From the NCBI RefSeq assembly GCF_044704955.1, contig NC_091984.1:147498001-147562000 (forward strand): 64,000 nt of DNA, given 5' to 3'. How positions within the stretch are numbered: the stretch's first letter is position 1; the number at the start of each line of letters is the position of its first letter. Positions 24,240 through 37,464 of this stretch are shown here, piece after piece. The translations under genes were made by a program, and so were the position numbers. The stretch comes from Pristiophorus japonicus. Its lineage: Eukaryota. The notes beneath the pieces were generated by a model, which was given only the letters and a program-made list of their open reading frames with translations, made no database searches and was not told the origin of the DNA.

Positions 24240-24915
24240 CATAAACATGAAAGGAAAGTGAACAAGTGAAATGTTCGTGATCTTTCCCTGCCCACCCCGC
24301 ACTCCAGGCCCTGCGGTGCCCAACCGTCGCAGATGCCTCAGGCCTACCCTAGGCTCTGTCCCCACGGCCAGCTGGATGTGGACAAAGCATCTGAAGGGAG
24401 GGAGACAGGCAGACAGTGCAATCACCCCATGAGCCCTGTCCAACTGGGACCTGTGGATGGCCACCTTGGCCCGATCCAGGAGCAGGCCCACGGGGAGGCC
24501 CTCCGACCTGCCCGATTCCCCTGCACCAGGTGACCAGGCCCAGGAGCGTGGGACTGAAGTGGAGCCAGAAATCGAGGAGCAGCCCCTTCAAATAGTGGAA
24601 GAGGGGCTGCATCCTCTCACACTCCACGTACACACGGGTCACGGACTGAGGAAACAGGTTTCTAAAGCCCCTGAAACTCGTTATTTTATAATGATCCCGA
24701 GGAAGGCCTGTGTCAGCAACACAACATTTCGCTTGCAGACGGAGCCCGTTGTTCAAGGAGCACAAAGAGGTGAGGCCTGTGTGAAGGGGACTTTCATTCT
24801 CCAGCAATTCCGTGGCCCCAGGGTTACCGTCTGATGGGGCGGGAAGGGCAGCTGGGAGATTTGTCCCAAACACGTCGGATCCCCAACTCTCCTGGGCACT
24901 GCCACAGGCAACTCG
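24240..24915 (-). mobile_element. Tx1-like LINE 3' fragment in the V-J spacer
   Basis: VYVECERMQPLFHYLKGLLLDFWLHFSPTLL and GLLLDRAKVAIHRS, resembling a Tx1 ORF2 C-terminus. Confidence 0.65.
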
Positions 24916-25180
24916 TCACAGAGTGAGAGGGAGGGAGTGAGTGAGGGACAGGGAAAGAGAGTGAGTGAGGGACGGAGTGAGGCGGAGTGAGTGAGGGAGG
25001 GAGGTGGAGGGGGAGAGGGAGGGAGTGAGAGAGGCAATCAGAGAGAGAAACAGAATGAGAGAGAGAGAGTGAGAAAGAGAGAGAAAAAGTGAGGGAGAGT
25101 GAGACGCTGAAAAAGACACAGACACAGACACACACACAGACAGAAAGAGGGGGAGAGAGACTGAGTGAGCCAGGGACGGA

Positions 25181-25219
25181 GGATATTGTACAGCAACTGC
25201 ACTGGAAGCTGTCACTGTG
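25181..25219 (-). promoter_or_regulatory. 23-spacer recombination signal sequence of J
   Basis: GGATATTGT (2 mismatches to GGTTTTTGT) + 23 nt + CACTGTG. Confidence 0.88.
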
Positions 25220-25253
25220 GCTCACGTTCCTAAAGGAACCAAGCTCAGACTGA
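25220..25253 (+). pseudogene. IGKJ: Kappa-type J segment with a damaged FGKG motif
   Basis: g CTC ACG TTC ct AAA GGA ACC AAG CTC AGA CTG A|GTAAGT = LTF-(2 nt)-KGTKLRL; the donor phase matches the C exon. Confidence 0.9.
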
Positions 25254-25374
25254 GTAAGTAAACCCCAATGCTCCGTTATTAACACTTTAAATACTGAATC
25301 TTTCTAAGACACAAATGCTGAATATGCGAAGGTGTTAGTTCACATATGATTACACACGATCCTCCCGTCTTTCC

Positions 25375-28300
25375 TCATCTAAATCTATCAGCATAACCCT
25401 CTATTCCCTTCTCCCTCATATCTCTGTCGAGCCTCCCCTTAAATACATCAATACTATTCACTTCAATCACTCCATGTGGTAGCCAGTTCCACATTCTCAC
25501 CACTCGCTGGGTAAAGAATTTTCTCCTGAATTCCCGATTGGATTTCTTGCTGACTATCTCATATTGATGGCCTCTAGTTCTGCTCTTCCCCACAAGTGGA
25601 AACACTCTCTCTGTATCCACTCTATCAAAACCTTTCCCAATGTTAAAGACCTCGATCAGGTCACCCCTCAGCCTCAAGAGAAAAGAGCCCCAGCCTGTTC
25701 ATCCTTTCCTGATATGTACACTCTCGCATTTCTGGTCCCATCCTTGTAAACCTTCTCTGCACCCTCTCCAGTGCCTGTGTATGGGTTATATAATATGGTG
25801 GGGAGCTGCGGTGAATGAAAGTGTTAATTGAAGAGTGCTGTGTATGCCAGGGTGCCCGGCTGTATTCCTTTACCCACACTCCCCCTTCACCCAGCAAAGT
25901 ATAAGTAATGAACTGTTACCCACCGTGTGGAGGAGATCTGAACGTTGGCACACTGCGGTCCCATCCCTGCACCATCCCCGAAAATCGCTCCCGAGCCTCC
26001 TGCCTGTCTCAGTGTGACAGACACGGTGTGTGAGACACGGTCAGAGTGTGGGTGTGAGTGAGTGAGCTCGCTGGGGGCAGTCTGTGCTCCTGTCACAGTC
26101 TCTGATATAACTGAGCTCAGCCTCAGCACACTGACACTCCCGAGGTCCCACCTCCCCCAGCTCCAACTCTGATCTGTCCAGCCGCCGCTCACCTCCTGTC
26201 CAACTTCTGATCACAAACAGGGGCAGCAGGGCTCGCAATCCGGCGGCTGCAGTGCTCCAGGGTTGTGGGGAGACTCTCAGTTGCTGTTTCTGTGGCTCGA
26301 GTTCAGGCCGATATTTATCCCTCAACCTACATCGCTTAAACATAGAAAATAGGAGCAGTAGTAGGCCATTCGGCCCTTCGAGTCTGCACCGCCATTCAAT
26401 ATAATCATGGCTGTTCCTCTATCTCAACACCATATTCCCGCTTTTTCCCCATACCCCTTGATGCCTTTTTGTTTCTAGAAATCCATCTATCTGATTCTTA
26501 AATATATTCAGTGACTTGGCCTCCACAGCCTTCTGTGGTAGAGAATTCCACAGGTTCACCACCCTCTGAGTGAAAACATTTCTCCTCATCTCATTTGTAA
26601 ATTTCCTACCTCGTATCCTGAGACTGTGACTCCTTGTTCTAGACTTTCCAGCCCGGGAAAACATCCTCCCCACATCCAGTCTGTCCAAACCAGTCAGAAT
26701 TTTATACGTTTCAATGAGATCATCTCTCACTCTTCTAAACTCTAGTGTATACTGACCTAATCGTCCCAATCACTGCTCATACGACAGTCCTGTCCATCCC
26801 AGGAATCAGTCTGGTGATCCTTCGCTGCACTCCGTCTATGGCAAGTATATCCTTTCTTAGGTAAGGAGACCAAAACTGCACACAATACTCCAAGTGCGGT
26901 CTCACCAAGGCCCTGTAGTGAGACATCCTTGCTCCTGTACTCAAATCCTCTTGCAATGAAGGCCAACATACTATTTGCCTTCTTAACTGCTTGCTGCACC
27001 TGTATGTTTGCTTTCACTGACTGGTGTACAAGGACGCCCAGGTCCCTCTGTCCATCGACACTTCCCAAGCTATCACCATTTAAATAATACTTTGTCCTTA
27101 TGTTTTTCCCACCAAAATGAGTAACTTCACATTTATCCACAATATGTTACATCTGCCATGTGTTTGCTCACTCACTCAACCGATCTAAATCGTCTTGCAG
27201 CGTCTTTGCATCACCACACAACTCACAATCCCACCTAATTTTGTGTCGTCAGCAGACTTGGAAATATAACATTTGCTTCCCTCATCCAAATCATTTATAT
27301 ATATATATATATATATATTGTGAATATCTGGGGCCCAAGCACTGATCCCTGTGGTACCCCACTCGTCACTGCCCGCCACCCTGAAACACACCCATTTATT
27401 CCGACTGTTTCCTGTCAGTTAACCAATTTTCAATCCATGCCAATACATTACCCCCAATCCTATGTGCTTTAATTTTGCACACTAACCTCTTATGTGGGAT
27501 TTTTATCAAAGGGCTTCTGAAAATCCAAATACACTACATCCACTGGTTATCCCTTATCTATTCTGTCAGTTGCATCCTCCAAAAACTCCAGTAGATTTTT
27601 CAAACGTGAATTTCCTTTCATAAATCCATGTTGACTTTGTTTAATCCCGTTGATATTATCTAAGTGTGCCGTTATTACATCCTTTATAATAGACTCTAGC
27701 ATCTTCCCTACTACTGATATCAGGATAACCGGTCTGTAATTCCCCGTTTTCTCTCTCCCTCCTTTTTTTAAATAGTGGGGTTACATTTGCCACCCTACAA
27801 TCTGCAGGAACTGTTCCATAATCTATAGAATTTTGAAAGATGACAACCAATGCATCTACTATTTCCATGGCTACCTCTTTTTTAGTAGTCTGGGATGCAG
27901 ATCATCAGGCCCTGGGGATTTATCGGCCTTCAGTCCCATTAGTTTCTCCAGCTCTATTTTGTTACGAACAATCGTTTCCTTTAATTCCTCTTGCTCACTA
28001 GACCTTAGGTTCCCTAGCATTTCTTGGACATTATTTGTGTCCTCTTTCATGAAGAGGTCATTCAACCCATTGCTGTGTGTGAGAGCTTGCTGTGCACAAA
28101 TTGGTTGCCGTGTTTCCCACATTACAACAGTGACTACACTTAAAAATGTACTTCATTGGCTGTGAAGCACTTTGGGACCTCCTCAGGTGTGAAAGGTGCA
28201 ATATAATTGCAGGTCTTTCTTTAATTTGGCTTTTCTTTTTATTATCTGGGACTCGCACAATTCCCTGCTGATTAAACCTGGACCCAGCAGAAAATCCCCA

Positions 28301-30028
28301 GAACACGGACTAATGTTCCATAAGAACATTAGGAGCAGGAGGAGGCCATTCGGCCCCTTGAGCCTGCTCTGCCATTCAATAAGATCATGGCTGATCATTC
28401 CCTCAGTACCCCTTTCCTGCTTTCTCTCCATACCCCTTGATCCCCTTAGCCGTAAGGGCCATATCTAACTCCCTCTTGAATATATCTAATGAACTGGCAT
28501 CAACAAATCTCTGCGGCAGGGAATTCCACAGGTTAAAGAGCTGAGTGAAGAAGTTTCTCCTCAGCGCAGTCCTAAATGGCCTACCCCTTATCCTAAGACT
28601 GTGTCCCCTTGTTCTGGACTTCCCCAACATCAGGAACATTCTTCCTGCATCTATCCTGTCCAGTCCCGTCAGAATTTTATATGTTTTTGTGAGATTCCCT
28701 CTCATCCTTCTCAACTCCAGTGAATAAAAGCCCAGTTGATCCAGTCTCTCCTCATATGACAGCCCAGCCATCCCTGGAATCAGTCTGGTGAACCTTCGCT
28801 GCACTCTGTCAATAGCAAGAACATCCTTCCTCAGACTAGGAGACCAAGACTGAACACAATATTCCAGGTGAGGTCTCACTAAGGCCCTGTACAGCTGCAT
28901 TAAGACCTCTCTGCTTCTATATTCAAATCCCCAAGCAATGAAAGCCAACATACCATTTGCCTTCTTTACCGCCTGCTGTACCCGCATGCCGACTTTCAGT
29001 GACTGATGAACCATGACACCCAGGTCTCATTGCAACTCACCTTTTCCTAGTTTGCTGACATTCAGATAATATTCCGACTTTGTGTTTTTGCCCCCAAATT
29101 GGATAACCTCACATTTATCCACATTATACTGCATCTGCCATGTATTTGCCCACTCACCTAACCTGTCCAAGTCACCCTGCTGCCTTTTAGCGTCCTCCTC
29201 ACAGCTCACACCGCCACCCAGTTTAGTGTCATCCACAAACTTGGAGATATTACACTCTATTCCTTCATCTCATTCGTTAATGTACATTGTAAAGAGCTGG
29301 GGTCCCAGCACTGAGCCCTGCGGCACTCCACTAGTCACTGCCTGCCATTCTGAAAAGGACCCGTTTATCCTGACTCCCTGCTTCCTGTCTGCCAACCAGT
29401 TCCCTATCCATGTCAGTATATTACCCCCAATACCATGTGCTTTGATTTTGCACACCAATCCCTTGTGTGGGACCTTGTCAAAAGACTTTTGAAAGTCCAA
29501 ATACACCACATCCACTGGTTCTCCCTTGTCCACTCTGCTAGTTACATCCTTGAAAAATTCCAGAAGATTCGTCAAGCATGATTTCCCTTTCATAAATCCA
29601 TGCTGACTTGGTCTGATCCTGTCACTGCTTTCCAAATGCGCTGCGATTTGATCCTTAATGATTGATTCCAACATTTTCCCCACGACTGATGTAGAGCTAT
29701 TGGGTCTATAATTACCCATTTTCTCTTTCCCTCCTTTTTAAAAAAAGTGGTGTGACATTAGCTACCCTCCAGTCCATAGGAACTGATCCAGAGTCGATAG
29801 ACTGTTGGAAAATGATCACCAATGCATCCACTATTTCTAGGGCCACTTCCTTGAGTACTCTGGGATGCAGACTATCAGGCCCCTGGAATTTATCGGCCTT
29901 CAATCCCATCAATTTCCCTAATACAATTTCCCACCTAATAAGGATATCCTTCAGTTCCTCCTTCTCACTAGACCCAGTGTCTCCTAGTACCTTCGGAAGG
30001 TTATTTGTATATTCCTTCATGAAGACAG
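25375..30028 (-). mobile_element. Three CR1 3' fragments in the J-C intron (about 25375-25780, 26338-28057, 28320-30028)
   Basis: RT and C-terminal motifs with 3' tails; (AT)n at about 27296-27318. Confidence 0.88.
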
Positions 30029-30240
30029 TACCACGGAGGGGAGGGTTCTCAGGGGACCAGGGTGGGGGGTGGCGGTCGGTGAGTGGGCTCGGGGACCAGG
30101 GGACCAGCCAGTCGCCACTCTGCACACACTCTGTTCCCTCTGTGTCTCAGTCCAGTGTTGCAGTGAGGAGTTTAGGATCTGAGGCTCAGGCTGGTTCTCC
30201 GGCACCAACAGCGCCCTGTTGGGTAAGGGTATTAAGGGTT

Positions 30241-32890
30241 AAGAACATAAGAAATAGGAGCAGGAGTAGGCCACCTGGGCCCTCGAGTCTGCCCTGCCAT
30301 TTAATAAGTTAATGGCTGATCTGATCTTGGACACAGCTCCACTTCCCTGCCCGGTCCCCATAACCCTTTATTCCCTTATCGCTCAAAAATCTGTCTATCT
30401 CCACCTTAAATATAATCAATGACCCAGCCTACACAGCTCTCTAGGGCAGAGATTTCCACAGATTTACAAGCCTCTGAGAGAAGAAATTCCTCCTCAACTC
30501 AGTTTTAAATGGACGGCCCCTTATTCTGAGACTATGATCCCTAGTACTAGTTTCCCCTATGTGTGTAGATATCCTCACTACATCCAACTTGTCGCCCCCT
30601 CATTATCTTATATGTTTCGATAAAATCACCTCTCATTCTTCTGAACTCCAATGATTATATGCCTAACCTACTCAACCTATCCTCATAAGTCAAACCTCTC
30701 ATCTTCAGAATCAATCCAGTGAAACTTCTCTGAACTGCTGCCAATGTAAGTATATCCTTTCTGAAGTATGGATACCAAAACTGCACACAGTACTCCAGGT
30801 GTGGCCTCACCAATACCCTGTATAGATGTAGCAGGATTTCTCTGCTTTTATACTCTATCCCCCTTGCAATTAAGGCCAACATTTCATTTGCCTTCCTGAT
30901 TATTGCTGTAACCGCATACTAACTTTTTGTGTTTCATGCACAAGGTCCCCTTTGCAATTTTTCTCCATTTGAAAATTAATTTGCTTTCCTCTTCGTTCTG
31001 CCAAAGTGGAAAACCTCACATTTTCCCACATTACACTCCATCTGCCAAATTTGTGCCCATTCACTTAGCCTGTCTATATCCCTTTGCAGACTATTTGTGT
31101 CCTCCTCACAATTTGCTTTCCCACCCATCTTTGTCTTATAGGGTGATTATTTTTCATTCTACTCTGATACTTAGAAATCGACTGAAGACATACAATCGCC
31201 CTTCCTGGCTGTATCTATTGTAGGTTTGTGGTCGTTGGTTCTGTGACCAGTTGATCTTCTTTTGGCCATTCTCTGCAGTGTTGTTCCCTCCATGTACGTT
31301 CCGTACTACATGTCCTTCTGTCCATTCATCTGTTTGTTCTTTCGACCTGTGTCCATCTGTACACGTGTCCTTCTATTTCTTCTGTGTGCTTCTTCTTCCG
31401 TCTGTTCCTGTCCTTCTTCCGTATTCTGCAGAGCTGCTTCTAGCTCGCATATTTATATCCAGGTTATGACTGATCTCCTGCCACTGCGGTTTCTGATAAA
31501 GTGTTTGCATCGATATATTGTTTTGTGGTCCCCTTGGTTGATTGACTGCAATAATGGACTCATCTGTTTTCCCATTTGCACACTGAGTCTGTAAGGCTCA
31601 AGTTGATTTCTCATCTTCACACCTCATCACAAAAGATGTGCACCTAGTGTGGTTCCTTTGTTGTTTGGTCTTTTTACAGACTTGGTGTCTCCAGTGAGCT
31701 TGTTTTCCCCACCTTGGTCTATCAAGTTCAGGGCCTCAGGTAACAATTCCATTCTTGTTATGCATGGAGTCAGTTTTGTTCCCTGACCAAGAATGCCCTT
31801 AATTGTCCAGGCTTAATTCCAAAAGCTTGTATTAATCTTTAGTTCATGGTCTCCTTCTGTGCTTTTCTGAAGATTAGTAACCTTACACTCCCTCCTTTAA
31901 TGTTTCGCTAATATGAAACTAGAGACATTACTTGTGGAGTTATTTTTCCATGAGCTCTATTTGGGTGTATTGCAGTCTCAGTCAAAAACTTCAGATTACA
32001 TTCCTGTTTTACATCAAAAAACAGTACTTTTTCCTGACAAACCAACACTTGTACAACAAAAATGTTCGGCCTTGATCTGACTTCAGTTTTATATACAAAC
32101 ACTTTGGCTTTGGTTCATCTAAACAACCCTTCAACATTCCCTTCCTTTGTATTCTGTTTTAACTTACAAGATAAGATAAATAGTTACACCAAAGAACCAA
32201 CGATACAATGGCTAGTGCATGAGACACGATTAGAACCCAGGAGAGAATCTGAATATTGAATCCCAAATCCCATTTTGGAGCGGCCATTATTTCCTCAATT
32301 TCCTCCCTTACTTTTTCATTTGTTTGGTGTAATGTGTAATAGTCTTTGTTGGATAGCTCAATATCCTTCTTTGCATCATCAGCAAATTTGGCAACATTAC
32401 ACTCTGTCCCTTCATCTAAGTCATTAATGTAAATAATTGAGGCCCCAGCACCGATCCCTGCGGCACCCCATTAGTTACCGTTTGCCAATGGGAAAGTGAA
32501 CCCTTTATCCTGACTCTCTGTTTTTTGTTAGTTAGCCAATCTTCTATCCATGCTAATATATTACCCCCAACCCCGTGAACTTTTATCTTGTGCTTTTTAT
32601 GTGGCACCTTATCGAATGCCTTCTGGAAATCCAAATACACCACATCTACTGGTTCCCCTTTATCCACCCTGCTCGTTACATCCTCAAAGAATTCCAGCAA
32701 ATTTGTCAAACGTGATTTCCCTTTCATAAATCTGTGCTGACTCTGCTTGATTGAACTATGCTTTTCCAAATGTCCTGCTACTGCTTCCTTAATAATGGAC
32801 TCCAGCATTTTCCCAACCACAGATGTTAGGCTAACTGGTCTATAGATTCCTGCTTTCTGTCTGCCTCATATTTTAAATAGGGGCGTTGCA
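30241..32890 (-). mobile_element. CR1 LINE interrupted by an LTR-element fragment
   Basis: Host sequence cccacccatctt|tctttgcatcatcagc resumes across the insert. Confidence 0.8.
31132..32367 (-). mobile_element. LTR-element 3' fragment: env-like tail (32365-32159), PPT (31899-31889), LTR (31888-31132)
   Basis: Minus strand AAAGGAGGGAG|TGTAAGG...TATAAAT...AAGACA; upstream frame encodes a heptad-like helix followed by a hydrophobic segment. Confidence 0.72.
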
Positions 32891-33599
32891 TTTGCTGTGC
32901 GTGGTTTGGAGAGGGCGTTAAAAGTAGCGGTGACATCCAGAATACCAAATTTTGCCTCAATTCAACAACAACAACTTGTATTTATATAGCGCCTTTAACG
33001 TAGTGAAACGTCCCAAGGCACTTCCCAGGAGTATTATGAGATACAAATTTGATACCGAGTCACATAAGAAGAAATTAGTGTAGGTGACCAAAGAGGTATG
33101 TTGTAAGGAGCGTCTTGAAGGTGGAAAGAGAGGTCGAGAGACGGAGAGGTTTAGGGAGGGTTTCCAGAGCTTGGGGTCTCGGCAACAGAAGGCACGGCCA
33201 CCAATGGTTGAGCAATTATACTCAGGGATGCTCAGGAGGGCTGAATTGGAGGAGCGCAGACATCTCGGGGGGTTGTGCGGCTGGAGGTGATTATAGTGAT
33301 AGGGAGGGGTGAGGCCATGGTGGGATTTGAAAACAAGGATGATAATTTTTTTAAAAGAGGCGTTGCTTAATAGGCAGCCGATATCGGTCTCTACTTCCCC
33401 ACCCGCCTCCTCTCACCGAGCCATTCTCACCGCCCCCCACCTCCAGCCGCTCCCCTGCCTTCCTTCCTCACTTCCGCCCTCCTCACACCACATCCCTCAC
33501 CCTCCCTCCCCCCATCCCAACTCACCCCTCACTCCCTCCCAAACTCCCTACCTCACATGCCCCTCCCCCCTCCCATCGCCTCTGCCCTTCCCGAACCGG

Positions 33600-36500
33600 A
33601 GTAGACCATTCGGTCCCGAGAGCCTGCTCCGCCATTCAATGAGATCATGGCTGATCATCTACCGCAACTCAACTTTCCTGCACTGTCCCCATATCCCTTG
33701 ATTCTCTTTGTATCCAAAAATCTATCGATCTCCGTCTTGAATATACTCAAAGACCGAGCCTCCACAGCCCTCTGGGGCAGAGAATGACAGAGATTCAACA
33801 CCCTCTGAGTGAAGAGGTTTCTCCTCATCTCAGACCTAAATGGCCGACCTCTTATTCTGAGACTGTGACACCTGGTTATAGACTCCCCAGCCAGAGGAAA
33901 CATCCGCCCTGCATCTACACTGTCAAGCCCTGTCAGAATCTTATATGTTTCAATGAGATCCCCTCTCATTCTTCTAAACTCTGGAGAGTATAGGCCTTGG
34001 AACTGCGAAACCAAGGCGGGTAGATGGAGTTCAGATACAGATGAGCCGTGATCTGATTGAATGGGGAACAGGCTCGAGGGGCTGAATGGCCTCCTCCTGT
34101 TCATTGTGTCCAGCAGCAGCTGTGTACCTCTCCGCAACCTCATCTTGACTTTTATCAGTCGCATCAGAGCCTTGATTCCCTCACCAGGAGGCTGGTGTTT
34201 CCAGATCAATGTCCAGCTGATCGATGCCATGAGTCAGACTCTGTGAGTGCTGTCAGCGGGTGGAAAGGCTGCTCTAACTGCAGCGTTGTTCTAATGCATT
34301 TGGGGAGGGGCAACAAGGCAAGGGAATACACAATAAATGGGAGGGTACTGAGAGGGGTGGAGGAACGGAGGGACCTTGGAGTGCATGTCCACAGATCCCT
34401 GAAGGTAGCAGGCCAGGTCGATAAGGTGGTTAAAAAGTCATTCGCAATACTTGCCTTTATTAGCCGAGGCATAGAATAGATGAGCAGGGAGGTTCTGCTT
34501 GAACTGTATAAAACACTAGTTAGGCCACAGCTAGAGTACTGTGTGCAGTTCTGGTCACCACATTACAGGAAAGATGTGATTACACGAGAAAGGGTACAGA
34601 GGAGGTTCACGAGGATGTTGCCGGGACTGGAGAATTTTAGCTATGAGGAAAGATTGGATCTGCTGGGTGTGTTTTCTCACCACATTTAAAAATACTTGGA
34701 TGTGCACTTAAAGTGCTATAACCCACAGGGCTACGGACCCAGAGCTGGAAAGTGGGATTAGGCTGGGTAGCTCTTTGTTGGCCGGTGCGGACATGATGGG
34801 CCGAAATGGCCTCCTTTCGTGCTGTAATTTTCTGTGATTCTATAATCGTGCTGGTGGTGTTGACCACTTTAAAAGTCGCAGCATACATTTTATTGAAGCT
34901 ATTTCCGTCCCCGGTTTTCCCGCTGCCAATAGTTGGATCAATCGATGCTGTAACGCCCCCTTGTGGTACATCTATATGGGCTCCACCCAAACCCCTGCTT
35001 TCAACCCTTGAACCCACATTGCCTACGCTAGCTGGAACCCCGCTCCTTAATCACAGCATCTCACAGCACAGAGGGAGGCCATTCAGCCCATCAAACCTGT
35101 GCTGGTTCTTTGAAAGAGCAATGGACTACGATGGCCTGGACTAATGATCCAGAGACACGAGTTCAAATCCCACCACGGCAGCTGGGGAATTTAATTCAGT
35201 TCATTAAATAAATCTGTAATAAAAAGCTAGTGTCAGTAATGGTGACCACGAAACTGCCGGATTGTCGTAAAAACCCATCTACCTGGCCTGCTACCTTCAG
35301 GGATCTGTGGACATGTATACCAAGGTCCCTTTGTTCCTCAAAAATCCTCAGTATCCGACAATTTAATAAGTATTCCCTTGCCTTGTTATCCTTCCCCAAA
35401 AGCATTACCTCAGACTTCTCTGGATTAAATCCCATTTGCCACTGTTCTGCCCACCTGACAATTTCATTGTTATTTTCTAGCAGTCTCCAGCTTTCTTCTT
35501 CATTATCAACAACACAGCCAATTTTAGAATCGTCTGCAAACTTCTTAATCATACCCCCTACATTCAAGTCTAAATCATTGATATATACCACAAAAAGCAA
35601 GGGACCGAGTACTGAGCCCTGCAGAACCCCACTGGAAACAGCCTTCCAGTCACAAAAACACCCATCAACCATTACCCTTTGCTTCCTGCCTCTGAGCCAA
35701 CTTTGGAACCAACTTACCACTTTGCCCTGGATCCCATAGACTTTTACTTTCGTGACCAGTCTGCCATGTGAGACCTTATCAAATGTCTTGCTAAAATCCA
35801 TATACAGTACATCAACCGTGCTAACCTCATCGACCCTCCTTATTTCTTCCTCCATTAATTCAATTAAGTTAGCCAGACATGATCTTCCCTCAAAAAATCC
35901 ATGCTGATTGTCCTTGATTAACCCATCTATCTAAATGAAGATTTATCCTGTCTTTCAGGAATTTTTCTAACAATTTTCCCACCAGCGGGGTTCGGCTGAC
36001 TGGCCTGCAATGTACGTAGTTAATGTAACACCACTTTTTAAAAAGGGAGGGAGCGATGAAAACGGGTAATTATAGACCAGTTAGACTGACATCAGTAGTG
36101 GGGAAAATGTTGGAATCATTTATTAAGGATGAAATAACAGCGCATTTGGAAAGCAGTGACAGGATCGGTCCAAGTCAGCATGGATTTGTGAAAGGGAAAT
36201 CATGCTTGACAAATCTTCTGGAATATTTTTAGGATGTAACTATTAGAGTGGACAAGGGAGAAGCAGTGGATGTGGTGTATTTGGACTTTCAAAAGGCTTT
36301 TGACAAGGTCCCACACAAGAGATTGTTGTGCAAAATCAAAGCACATGGTATTGGCGGTAATGTACTGACGTGGATAGAGAACTGGTTGGCAGACAGGAAG
36401 CATAGAGTCGGGATAAATGGGTCCTTTTCAGAATGGCAGACAATGACTAGTGGAGTGCCGCAGGGCTCAGTGCTGGGACACCAGCTCTTTACAATATACA

Positions 36501-37460
36501 TTAATGATTTAGATGAAGGAATTGAGTGTAATATTTCCAAGTTTGTAGATGATACTAAACTGGGTAGCAGTGTGAGCTGTGAGGAGGACGCTAAGAGGCA
36601 GCAGGGTGATTTGGATAGCTTCGGTGAGTGGGCAAATGCATGGCAGATGCAGTATAATGTGGATAAATGTGAGGTTATCCAATTTGGGGGCAAAAACACA
36701 AAGGCAGAATATTATCTCAATGGTGACAGATGAGGAAAAGGGGAGTTGCAACGAGACCTGGCTGTCATGGTTCATCAGTCATTGAAAGTTGGCATGTAGG
36801 TACAGCAGGCGGTGAAGAAGGCCATTGGTATGTTGGCCTTCATAGCTAGGGGGTTTGAGTATAGGAGCAGGGAGGTCTTACTGCAGTTGTACAGGCCTCA
36901 GCTGGAATATTGTGTTCAGTTTTGGTCTCCTAATCTGAGGAAGGATGTCCTTTCTATTGAGGGAGTGCAGCGAAGGTTCACCAGACTGATTCCCGGGATG
37001 GCTGGACTGCCATATGAGGAGAGACTGGATCTACTGGATCTTTATACACTGGAATTTCTAAGGATGAGAGGGGATCTCATAGAAACATATAAGATTCTGA
37101 TGGGACTGGACAAGTTAGATGCGGGAAGAATGTTCCCGATGTTGGGAAGTCTAGAAGCAGGGGACATAGTCTGAGGATAAGAAGTGAGCCTTTTTGCACT
37201 GAGATGAGGAGAAACTTCTTCACTCAGAGATTTGTTCACCTGTGGAATTCCCTGCCGCAGGGAGTTGTTGATGTCAGTTCATGGATATGTTCAAGAGGGA
37301 GTTAGATTTGGTCCTTACGGCTAAAGGGATCAAGGGGTATGGAGAGAAAGCAGGAAAGGGGTACTGAGGGAATGATTCGTTATAATCTTATTGAATGGCG
37401 GTGCAGGCTCGAAGGGCCGAATGGCCTGCTCCTGCACATATTTTCTGTGTTTCTATTTTT
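33600..37460. mobile_element. CR1 fragments (about 33600-33997 -, 34290-34850 +, 35280-36010 -, 36020-37460 +)
   Basis: RT and C-terminal motifs in the ORF track. Confidence 0.85.
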
Positions 37461-37464
37461 CTTT

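Noticed and set aside
30204-30221. CTCF-like motif / palindrome CCAACAG-CGCC-CTGTTGG
   Set aside because: Core is 2 nt short of the CTCF consensus; a single short palindrome with no other support.
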